This document shows, piece after piece, positions 28,216 through 37,400 of a stretch of 64,000 nucleotides of DNA. A model generated the notes under the pieces. It did no database searches. It was not told the DNA's origin and saw only the letters and a list, made by a program, of their open reading frames with translations. Source of the DNA: Candidatus Aenigmatarchaeota archaeon (GTDB taxonomy: Archaea > Aenigmatarchaeota > Aenigmatarchaeia > JACPZZ01); NCBI GenBank assembly GCA_043801595.1, contig JAZDLW010000019.1, forward strand, positions 43,094-107,093, written 5' to 3'. Positions within the stretch are counted from its first letter, which is position 1. Each line of letters opens with the position of its first letter. The position numbers and the translations under genes were made by a program.

Positions 28216-29382
28216 TTACACCTCAAATCCCTTTTTAAACGGCGAAATTCTTCTCAATCTCTCCACGCATCCTGGCAATACACTCAACAAGTAATCGACA
28301 TCACTTTCTGCAGTTTCACGCCCGAGAGTCAATCTCAATGAACCGTGCGCTTCCTCGTGCTTCAGGCCGATCGCGAGCAACACGTGACTGGGTTCAAGCG
28401 ATTTCGAAGAGCACGCGGATCCGGTTGACGCGGCGATTCCTGCCTCGTCGAGGAGAATCACAAGCCCCTCACCCTCGATGAATTTGAAACACAGGTTCGC
28501 ATTGTTTGGAAGACGTTCTGTCGCATGGCCGTTTAACCATGTATTATCGATTTTTAGTGCGCCCGCTATGAGCTTATCGCGGAGTTTTGCCAGCCTTTTT
28601 GCTTCCGCATCCATCTCGACGCATGCGAGTTCTGCAGCTTTGCCGAACCCGATTATTCCAGCAACGTTTTCCGTGCCCGACCTTAATCCTGATTCCTGCC
28701 CGCCGCCGTGAAACAGCGGATGCATTTTAACGCCTTTTCTTACATACAATGCGCCGACTCCTTTGGGTCCGTATATTTTGTGGGACGATATGGACAGCAA
28801 ATCTATATTCATCTTCTTTACGTCAATCGGTATTTTGCCGAATGTCTGGACAGCGTCTGTGTGAAAAATCACGTTTCGCTCTTTGCAGATTTTCCCGATT
28901 TCTCCCACTGGTTCTATTGTCCCGATTTCATTGTTCGCATGCATTATTGACACGAGTATGGTATCCTTTGTGACGGAATTCTCCAGTTCATCCAGGCTGA
29001 TTAGTCCGCATTTGTCAACCGGCAGGCGCGTGACAGAGAATCCGTCCTTCTCAAGAAATTTAGCTGTTTGCAACACGGCGTCATGCTCGATTGAGGACAC
29101 GATTATGTGGTTTCCCCTGTTTCTGTTTGCATATGCAGTTTCCTGCAATGCGAGGTTGTCGGCTTCTGTTCCGCCCGATGTGAATATTATTTCGCCCGGC
29201 TCGGCGTTTATAACGCCTGCTATAATCTTTCTCGCGTTCTCAACAGCCTCGAAAGCTTCACGACCGAACGAGTGCAATGAAGACGCGTTGCCGTATTTTT
29301 CCGAGAAATAAGGCATCATCCCCTCCAAAACTTCCCTGCGTACCGGTGTTGAAGCTGCATAGTCCATGTAAACCCTTTTCAT
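28216..29382 (-). CDS. iscS: Cysteine desulfurase IscS/NifS
   Basis: YMDYAASTP, FTSGGTEADN, HTDAVQ, SSHKIYGPKG, STGSACSS. Confidence 0.96.
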   Translation of the reverse strand: MKRVYMDYAASTPVRREVLEGMMPYFSEKYGNASSLHSFGREAFEAVENARKIIAGVINAEPGEIIFTSGGTEADNLALQETAYANRNRGNHIIVSSIEHDAVLQTAKFLEKDGFSVTRLPVDKCGLISLDELENSVTKDTILVSIMHANNEIGTIEPVGEIGKICKERNVIFHTDAVQTFGKIPIDVKKMNIDLLSISSHKIYGPKGVGALYVRKGVKMHPLFHGGGQESGLRSGTENVAGIIGFGKAAELACVEMDAEAKRLAKLRDKLIAGALKIDNTWLNGHATERLPNNANLCFKFIEGEGLVILLDEAGIAASTGSACSSKSLEPSHVLLAIGLKHEEAHGSLRLTLGRETAESDVDYLLSVLPGCVERLRRISPFKKGFEV

Positions 29383-29466
29383 AATTTCATCCCATCGTTT
29401 GCTATACAATGTATAGTATCATTGATATCGAAAGAATATTAATAACCACGGATATATAGCTATCTC

Positions 29467-29760
29467 ATGCCTCGATGTTTAAGACGCGGTTGCCCGTTGT
29501 TCGGGGAGATCGGTTTTGTAAGCAAGAAATGGTCGTTGCTGATACTAAGGTCACTTTCGCACGACAAGAAAAGGTTTGTGGACCTTTCCAGAGAGTTAAA
29601 AAACATAACTCCGAGGATTCTGGCGCAAAGACTTGAGGAGATGGAAAGCATAGAAATAATATCGAAAAAAAGGTTCAGCGAAGCTCCGTCGCGAGTGGAA
29701 TATTTTCTTACTGCCAAAGGCAAGAAACTTGCAAGATGTTATATGCAAGATTCACAATGA
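29467..29760 (+). CDS. HxlR-family winged-helix regulator
   Basis: CP...KKWSLLILRSL...RFVDL...ITPRILAQRL...PSRVEYFLTAKG; divergent from iscS. Confidence 0.88.
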   Translation: MPRCLRRGCPLFGEIGFVSKKWSLLILRSLSHDKKRFVDLSRELKNITPRILAQRLEEMESIEIISKKRFSEAPSRVEYFLTAKGKKLARCYMQDSQ

Positions 29761-29763
29761 GGT

Positions 29764-30738
29764 TTGGTTATGAGGCTTTCTTTTGTGGGAAATCTTGTCG
29801 ATTCGGAATTAAGCTGGCTGACAAATACCGCAAAAAAATTTGCAGACGTGACAAATGAGGTTTCGATAGAGTTTCACCAAAAACACGAATGGCTGCGCAC
29901 GCTTCGTGCGCAATCGGAAAAAATAAAGCTTCTTCGCAGCGAGCTGCCTGAATTTTGCGAGCCGAGCTTCGGATTGCACATACCATGGGAGCCGAAAAAA
30001 TATTACCGTGTTTTGGACGAAGGCTTTGACGACAAAACCGTTTTGGCGTGGCTAAAATTCTGCGCTGAAAACAATATTGAACTTGTCAATATGCATCTGG
30101 AATGGGGCGACGGTATCGGCAAGCTGGACTGGAGGGACGATGAAAACAAAAGGGATAAACAAATAAAAACCGCCGCCGACAACCTGAAAAATATAATATC
30201 CTTCGTAGAAGCGAACAATATCAAGCTGTCCATTGAAACGCTGCCGTCGTTTTTGTATGACGATGTTTCAGGACGCGGGTTTGTCGATTTTCCAGCTTTC
30301 CCGACAGATTATTTAAAATTGCGCAAACTGATCGGTTTTGAATTCGGGATAAATCCGGACGTATCCCACACAGGAATAACGTGGTACAATATCCGGAACA
30401 ATATCCTTGACGGAATTTACAAATCCGATAGCGAATGGTTCGGCCTGACAATGGAAGGTTTTTTTGAGAAGTTCATAAAAATGTCAAAACCCAGTTACCA
30501 GATACATGTGGCAGATTTTGCAGGAAACCGCAACCCGTCACAGCACGCAATGACGCTTGGTGAAGGATTTTTAACTGATAAAACGATCAAGACGATAATT
30601 AAAAGCATAGACAAAAAAACGGTCGTCGTTCTCGAAATAAAGGAAGACTGGAAGACCATGGAGAAAATGCGTTTGGCAGGATATTTACCGAACACGATGA
30701 AGTCGCTGGAGAAATTGAAGGAATTTTTGAAGAATTAG
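29764..30738 (+). CDS. Xylose-isomerase/AP-endonuclease-2-like TIM-barrel protein
   Basis: GLHIP, LSIETL, DVSH, QIHVAD, H..LGEG, VLEI. Confidence 0.75.
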   Translation: MVMRLSFVGNLVDSELSWLTNTAKKFADVTNEVSIEFHQKHEWLRTLRAQSEKIKLLRSELPEFCEPSFGLHIPWEPKKYYRVLDEGFDDKTVLAWLKFCAENNIELVNMHLEWGDGIGKLDWRDDENKRDKQIKTAADNLKNIISFVEANNIKLSIETLPSFLYDDVSGRGFVDFPAFPTDYLKLRKLIGFEFGINPDVSHTGITWYNIRNNILDGIYKSDSEWFGLTMEGFFEKFIKMSKPSYQIHVADFAGNRNPSQHAMTLGEGFLTDKTIKTIIKSIDKKTVVVLEIKEDWKTMEKMRLAGYLPNTMKSLEKLKEFLKN

Positions 30739-31142
30739 ATCAATGCTTTGTTAAGCCTTTCTAGGAGCGTATCGACCAGTTCCCGCGAATATGTGCATAG
30801 CGGTTCGTCGTTTTCGCGGCCTTTCCTGTACGCACACTCGGCAACTCTGGTATTGCATATTTTTTCATATCTGAATATAGTTCTCGGTGCACCGGTGACA
30901 AGATCATTTTCCTCGAATTCGATTAATTTTAATGATACAGTGCACGTTATAGCTATAGGCGGCGCAGAGTTTGCGAGTCCGTAGGAAAATGGCTGCGCGT
31001 ACGATTCATGATCATGGCGTGATTCGGTTGTCATGCTCTCATCTGGACAGCAAACAAATATAAAGTTAAGATTTTTGTTCTGCTTATAAAGCGAGGTTAG
31101 GAACCGTTTCCAGAACCGTTGTGACGGTTTATTCGTGTACAC
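30735..31142 (-). CDS. Hypothetical protein (start uncertain)
   Basis: ORF filling gap, convergent with TIM-barrel gene; no motif. Confidence 0.4.
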   Translation of the reverse strand: MYTNKPSQRFWKRFLTSLYKQNKNLNFIFVCCPDESMTTESRHDHESYAQPFSYGLANSAPPIAITCTVSLKLIEFEENDLVTGAPRTIFRYEKICNTRVAECAYRKGRENDEPLCTYSRELVDTLLERLNKALI

Positions 31143-31333
31143 TGATGCGATAATGCAAGAAGCGCCGTGTTCGTTGCCGGCACAAAGAAACCTATTTAAA
31201 TAGTAGCGTCGAGAGTTATAGAGAAGCCTCCCAAGATAGTTATATTTGGCTGGCGTTTCAAAGGTTTTGCTCGTGCAAAACTACGCGCGGAAATCAGGAT
31301 TTTCGCTGTTTTAAAGGCTTATAGAGTGGTCAA

Positions 31334-31975
31334 ATGGCTGAAAGAAGATACGAGGAAATTGTCCGATTGATGGACACGGATCTAGATGGCAACAGATCGC
31401 TCGCAATGGCGCTAAAGGAAATAAAGGGGATAAGTTCGAGGTTAAGCAGGGCTGTACTTGTTGTTTCTGGCGTTGATTCCTCGAAGAAACTAAAAGAGAT
31501 TTCCGAGGATCAAATTAAGAAAATAGAGGAAATAATACGGGAGCCGATCAAGGCCGGGATCCCTGTTTGGATGCTTAACCGAAGAAAGGACATCGAAACC
31601 GGAAACGACATACATCTTGTTTCCAGTGACTTGGATTTTGCGAAAAAAGGCGACATAGACAGGATGAAAAAGATAAGGAGCTGGAAGGGTGTAAGGCACA
31701 CGTTGGGGCAGCCTGTAAGAGGACAAAGCACACGTTCATCGTTCAGGGTATCGGGAATGGTTATAGGCGTTTCAAGAAAGGCGGCGAAAGCTGCGGCCGC
31801 TCCTGCACCTGTGGCTGGCGCAACAACAGCAGAAGCGGTGCCAGCAGCGAAGCCGGTTGCAGGCGCGAAACCGACGGCTGGCGCAAAACCAGTAGCTGGA
31901 GCAAAACCAACAACAGCTAAACCGGAAGCAAAGACTGCTGCCAAACCTGTTGCAAAACCAGAGGCAAAGAAGTGA
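31334..31975 (+). CDS. rps13: 30S ribosomal protein S13 (uS13) with Ala/Lys/Pro tail
   Basis: IPVWMLNRRKDIETG, WKGVRHTLGQPVRGQST. Confidence 0.97.
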   Translation: MAERRYEEIVRLMDTDLDGNRSLAMALKEIKGISSRLSRAVLVVSGVDSSKKLKEISEDQIKKIEEIIREPIKAGIPVWMLNRRKDIETGNDIHLVSSDLDFAKKGDIDRMKKIRSWKGVRHTLGQPVRGQSTRSSFRVSGMVIGVSRKAAKAAAAPAPVAGATTAEAVPAAKPVAGAKPTAGAKPVAGAKPTTAKPEAKTAAKPVAKPEAKK

Positions 31976-31979
31976 TTGA

Positions 31980-32444
31980 ATGAGAAAGATAAGATCCAAA
32001 ATTAAGCCTGTGCGCGACCATTGGAATGAGGAAAGGATAGCGCTCGAGAAAGGGTTAATGAAAAAATACGGATTAAAACGCAAAAAAGAGCTGAGGGCTG
32101 CCGAGGCAATATTGAGAAGCTTCAGGACTCAGGCGAGAGCACTGCTGGTAAAGGCTGATGAAAACCGCAAACGCGTACTGTTTGAAAAGTTGCAGGCTCT
32201 TAATATTCTTTCAGAACCCATGTTGGATACTGTATTGTCGCTTTCATTGGAAGACATCCTTGAAAGAAGGCTGCAAACCGTGATAAACAAGAAGGGACTG
32301 GCAGCCACTGTCAAACAGTCACGCCAGATGATAACGCATGGCAGGATTTACATAAATTCGAGGCGAATAACGTTCCCTTCATATCTTGTAAGGAAAGCTG
32401 ATGAAGAGGGCATTGCGCTCTCGGCAAAGAGTGATGCAAAGTGA
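31980..32444 (+). CDS. rps4: 30S ribosomal protein S4 (uS4)
   Basis: [28 protein letters not shown]. Confidence 0.95.
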   Translation: MRKIRSKIKPVRDHWNEERIALEKGLMKKYGLKRKKELRAAEAILRSFRTQARALLVKADENRKRVLFEKLQALNILSEPMLDTVLSLSLEDILERRLQTVINKKGLAATVKQSRQMITHGRIYINSRRITFPSYLVRKADEEGIALSAKSDAK

Positions 32445-32872
32445 TGAGACGAAGATCCGATATAGCAGGCTTGCAGTTCACAGGACAGACAGGAAGATGG
32501 GGTATTGCGTACATATTCGCTTCCCCGAACAATACGATTATTCATGTAACCGATATTACAGGATCCGAGACGGTTGCACGTTTTTCGTCAGGAATGATGA
32601 CGGATAAGGACAGGGAAGGCGGTTCGCCGTTTCCGGCAATGCTCGCAGCAAGGCGTGCTGCTGATGAGTGCATGCAGAAAGGCATAACAGGAATTCACAT
32701 CAAGGTTCGTGCGCCAGGCGGCAACAAATCAAAGATGCCCGGTGCGGGTGCGCAGCCCGCGATCCGAGCGTTAGCAAGAGCTGGTTTAAGAATCGGAAGA
32801 ATAGAGGAAATAACGCCCACAAGCCATGACGGTGTGAAGAAGAAAGGCGGCAGGCGCGGAAGAAGAGTGTGA
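32441..32872 (+). CDS. rps11: 30S ribosomal protein S11 (uS11)
   Basis: [34 protein letters not shown]. Confidence 0.97.
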   Translation: MMRRRSDIAGLQFTGQTGRWGIAYIFASPNNTIIHVTDITGSETVARFSSGMMTDKDREGGSPFPAMLAARRAADECMQKGITGIHIKVRAPGGNKSKMPGAGAQPAIRALARAGLRIGRIEEITPTSHDGVKKKGGRRGRRV

Positions 32873-32878
32873 TCATTG

Positions 32879-33499
32879 ATGAAGATTAAAGTAAATGAGC
32901 AAACTAAAGATAAAATTTCGTTCACTTTGGAAGAGGCTGACGTGGCTTTTGCGAACGCGATGAGAAGGGTAATGATGGTCGAGGTTCCGGCAATGGCAAT
33001 TGAGTTCGTCGACTTCCACGAAAACAGTTCCGCGATGTACGACGAGGTTATTGCGCACAGGCTCGGACTTATACCCCTTACGTTTGATCCAAAGCTTTTC
33101 AACCTTCCGGACGAATGCATTTGCGAAGGCAAAGGATGCTCGCAATGCCAGGTCTATTTTGTTATTGACAAAAAAGGACCTTGTACTGTCTACTCCGGCG
33201 ATATGAAATCCACTGAAGAGAGCGTAAAACCGGTTGATCCGGGATTTCCGATAGTCGAACTGCTTGAAGACCATAACCTTAAACTCGATGCAATCGCCCA
33301 GCTTGGAAAGGGCGAAGCGCACATAAAATGGCAGGCAGCGATTGCAGCATACAAGTACGCGAAGAGCAATGATACGAAGTTCAATTTCACTGTTGAGACT
33401 GTTTCCGGGCTTGAGCCGTCGTACATAGTACAGAAGGCGGCCGCAATAATCGAAGGAAAAGCTGAAGAGTTTAAGAAACAGCTAAAAGAAGCGAAATAA
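32879..33499 (+). CDS. rpoD: DNA-directed RNA polymerase subunit D (Rpo3)
   Basis: FANAMRR, ENSSAMYDEVIAHRLGLIPL, HIKWQ; CxCxxxxCxxC Zn motif. Confidence 0.95.
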   Translation: MKIKVNEQTKDKISFTLEEADVAFANAMRRVMMVEVPAMAIEFVDFHENSSAMYDEVIAHRLGLIPLTFDPKLFNLPDECICEGKGCSQCQVYFVIDKKGPCTVYSGDMKSTEESVKPVDPGFPIVELLEDHNLKLDAIAQLGKGEAHIKWQAAIAAYKYAKSNDTKFNFTVETVSGLEPSYIVQKAAAIIEGKAEEFKKQLKEAK

Positions 33500-33543
33500 G
33501 CTTTTGAAAAGTTATATAGGGTCGGCTGAGATTAATAATATAT

Positions 33544-34065
33544 ATGGCGCAGGCCGACTGGGATAATATTCTAAAAGAGCTGCTTGAATTTAACACTGTC
33601 AAGGCTGACATAAACGACATTTCAAACAGCATCAAACTTGTTTTTACGAAGATAAACGAACTTGAAAAGGAATTGAACATGATTTCGCAGCAAGTGCTCG
33701 AGCAAAATAACAAAATAGATTCGATTGCTCAGTACATGACCGAACAAATCGAGGTTGTTTCCGAGCAGGTTGATGTCAAAAATGAAACTGTGACTGAGCA
33801 ACCGAGCGCCGAGCAACCGAAACAAATCCAGATTTCGAGCGCAACCGGAAGATACCGCGAAATACTTTCATTGCTGATAAACGAAGGGTTCTTCACATAC
33901 ACGAAGCTTGCGGAAAGAATGAGAATATCGCAGTCGCGTGCAAGGGCTTACATCGCAGACCTGAAGAAATATTATTCCATACCGATTACTTCTGTAAAGG
34001 ACACGGAAGGCGTAAAAGTCGGGATAAGTCCTGAATTTGTCGATAAGATACTCGGCGTGCGCTGA
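33544..34065 (+). CDS. Coiled-coil plus C-terminal HTH protein
   Basis: Heptad N-terminus; FTYTKLAERMRISQSRARAYIADL. Confidence 0.7.
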   Translation: MAQADWDNILKELLEFNTVKADINDISNSIKLVFTKINELEKELNMISQQVLEQNNKIDSIAQYMTEQIEVVSEQVDVKNETVTEQPSAEQPKQIQISSATGRYREILSLLINEGFFTYTKLAERMRISQSRARAYIADLKKYYSIPITSVKDTEGVKVGISPEFVDKILGVR

Positions 34066-34080
34066 ATTTTTTCTTAATCG

Positions 34081-34160
34081 TGCTCGGTAACTGCTCGGAT
34101 ATTGCTCGGCTTGTGCTCAACAACATGCTGAGCAATATCGAGCGCTCAGTCGCGCTCAGA
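34081..34160. repeat. 11-bp-period TGCTCGG direct repeats
   Basis: TGCTCGG at 34081, 34092, 34103; TGCTCAA 34114; TGCTGAG 34126. Confidence 0.75.
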
Positions 34161-34283
34161 GCGGGTTGCAACAGCGATTTGCATTGTTGCGTGCCATATT
34201 GACAAGGTAGCATAACATCGTACTGTGCAATATAGCGTACTATACATAGGTTTATATATAACACTATTACATTCATATTCTAC

Positions 34284-34481
34284 ATGGTTTCAGAAAACAA
34301 TGCGCTAAACAAGCGAATCTTGAGCGAATTAAGGAAGAAACCGATGTCAATTGCGAAACTTTCAACTGAACTAAAAATGCGCAGGGAGTTCCTCGGGGGG
34401 TATCTCGAGGCGTTGAGAGCAGTTGGAAAATTGGAAATGATACAGGTCGGAAAAGCTAAAGTTTATAAACCCAAAAAATGA
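34284..34481 (+). CDS. Small winged-helix DNA-binding protein
   Basis: PMSIAKLSTELKMRREFLGGYLEALR...VGKAKVY. Confidence 0.75.
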   Translation: MVSENNALNKRILSELRKKPMSIAKLSTELKMRREFLGGYLEALRAVGKLEMIQVGKAKVYKPKK

Positions 34482-34492
34482 GGTTATGAATA

Positions 34493-37400
34493 ATGAATTT
34501 TAAAGCGTTTGCAGGTTTTGCGGCGTGGGGAATAGTTGCGGCATCAATTTCATTAATTTTAGTTTTCGCTGTTTCTATTTTGATGAGCTCAGCGGAAACC
34601 TTGGTTATTGATGCTGGTAACGTTTCAGTATCCGCACCCAATGGTGCGACATCTGGCGCCGGGATAATTGTAAAAAACGACACAACGGTGTTATACAACT
34701 TTACAATCCAAGTCACGGGCAATGTATCATTTATTAACATAACGGTTCCTTCTTGGCCTCATGCCGCGGATTCAGCAAACATTACTGTTGGACGAAACAC
34801 AAGCATCGTACCAGCTAATGTTCAACTTGGTCAAGGACTTACCAGTAATTGGGCAGTAAGTTATATTGAAAATTTCACTAACGGCGGGGTAAAAACAATT
34901 CGATTGAATGCAACAATGCCTGCAGGAACAATAGGCGGAGCTTCAAATGTAAAGATCGTGTGGTTCGCATTCAACGGCACGTCTAATATCACAGGACTTG
35001 GCAACCTATCCGATAACCAGACAATGACATGGTATGTTTATGCCGCAAATGATACCAGTTCGTCTTTGCTGAAAGTAATAACGCTGGTCGACAACAACCC
35101 GCCGAGAATATTAGTAACAAAACCTTTGCTGAACAGTTCGAACAACGCGTACATACGCGGTCTGGCCGCAGAAATATTCCAGGTCAACGTGACTGAAGTT
35201 GAATTGAATGTATCGGAGAGCGCAAATAATGACGGTTCTACCAACGCGACTTTGTGGTACAGAAACGTAGGAACCAACAGGGATACGGGTGTAGGTTGGA
35301 GCAAAAAGACGCTGGCTTGTTATAACTCTGCAGGCGGCATGCTGCCTAACGATCTCACACACAACAAGTATACGTGCAATACAACGATAGATTTGTCATC
35401 GCTTGCGTTTGTGGGTGAAAACGAGTTGATACAATTTTTCTTCAACGCATCGGATCTTGTGCTGAATGCAGGTTACAACGGCACGCAGGCTTCGCCGCAC
35501 GAGGCGCAGGTCGACAGGACAGCGCCGACATCGTCAAGCGTGGCTAACAATGTGTCGTATGTGAACCCGAGCAATTTCGTCCGATTGAACGTGCAATTCG
35601 ATGATAATTTTGCGCTTGCGAATGCGACGTTGGCGACGAATGAAACCGAAACTGGGGCATATTTCAACTACACCGACAACAAAACACGGGGCTCTCCCAT
35701 AACGATGGCAGGAAATTCATACGTGCTCAATTTCACGTGGCAAAACACATCGCTTGTGTCCGGGCTGATAGTGGGATGGCAGATTTTGGCAACGGACATA
35801 GCGGGCAATGTGCATGCGACAGCGCTTAAGACATTCACTGTTGATGCCGATGCTCCGTCAACGCTTGGCGGATTCATGAGTCCTGCTAGAAATGCAAATT
35901 TAACCGGGGACTCCATACTCGTAAACGTTTCCGTCAATGACACATTATCAGGCGTATCTATGGTTTACCTTAACATTTCGTACGAGGCGTCAACAGGGTC
36001 AATAAGAGGAATTAATAACATAACGCTGACGCAGGGCATAGCAGGTTATTGGAACGCGACTGTAAATTCCACATTTAACCTTATTACAGAATCGCCCGCC
36101 AACGGCAATTATACATTCAGAATTGTTGCGAATGACACGTTGAATAATGAAAACCACACTATGAATATCACGGTCTGGATAGACAACACAGCGCCGGCTA
36201 TATCCATCACGCGACCTACTGCAGGCCAGATTGTGACAGGGCAGTTTAATATAGAGGCTTTGGTTACAGATGCGGTAAGGGTTGCCAGGGTTCAGTACAG
36301 ATTAAGCAATGCCACATACACGAGCGGGATATATTTCCAGATGCTAAACACTTCTGACCTCTTGATGAACCAGAGCGGTGTTTACAACCTGACAAATGTT
36401 ACCAATGCCAATTTGTTCCTTGACGGCGTTTGGAACGTGACAGTGTGGGCGAACGACAGCGTGAACAACATAGCGCAGGAGAATGTGAGCATAACAATCG
36501 ACAACGTGCAGAATGCGACTGAACTTGATATCGTATCCTATGTAAACGGAAGCGTCAGGAAAGCGGGTCAAACCATAAACTTAAACTTCACAACAATAGG
36601 CAACCAGTTCGGTTTGTTCCCGTCCGGCTTCGGTTATAACATTTCAGTTTACATCGTCAACTCAAGCGGGACAGCGATCTATGCCGGTAACGTGTCCAAC
36701 AGTTCGGAATTCTGGGCCAACGGCACGATTACGATACCCGCGAACACCGCAGATTCCGTGATAGACGACGGCAACAGAACGTTTGTGTTCAAGACATTCG
36801 ACAACGGCGGGAACCTGATGGTAAATGGATCTTCAAACTTCACAGTCAGCATAGACAATACCGCTGCGAGTTATTCCAACCCGTTGCCTTTGAACAACAG
36901 CTACATTACAGGAAGTGCGGCACAGCTGTTCCAGATAAGCGTGACTGAGGTCAATTTAAACGCAAGCAAGAACGTGACGCTGTACTGGGGTATTGGCCCT
37001 GCCATACCGACTGCTTGGAACGCTAAAACGCTGTTATGTACAGGAACTGCGGGCAGCAATTATCTGTGTAACACGACAGTAGACCTGTCAACTTCTCCTA
37101 CCAACAAGATAATTTATTACTTCTTCAACAACTCAAACGTTACTCAACCGAACGGAGATTTGGCGGGCAATGGAGCCGGGTTTGGAACAGAGGTTATTCC
37201 GTTTAACACAACGATTGACAGGGTGAACCCTGTTGTGGGCGTATTACTTCCGTTGGGCAGCGCTAATGTGTCAGGTTCATTTACACTAAACATAAGTGCG
37301 AACAACACGCCTTCGGGCATTGCGAGCGTTTCCTACAGGGTAACAAATGACACTTTCCAGTCGGGTCCAATAGCTTTGAGCTTGGGTATAGGAACAGCCT

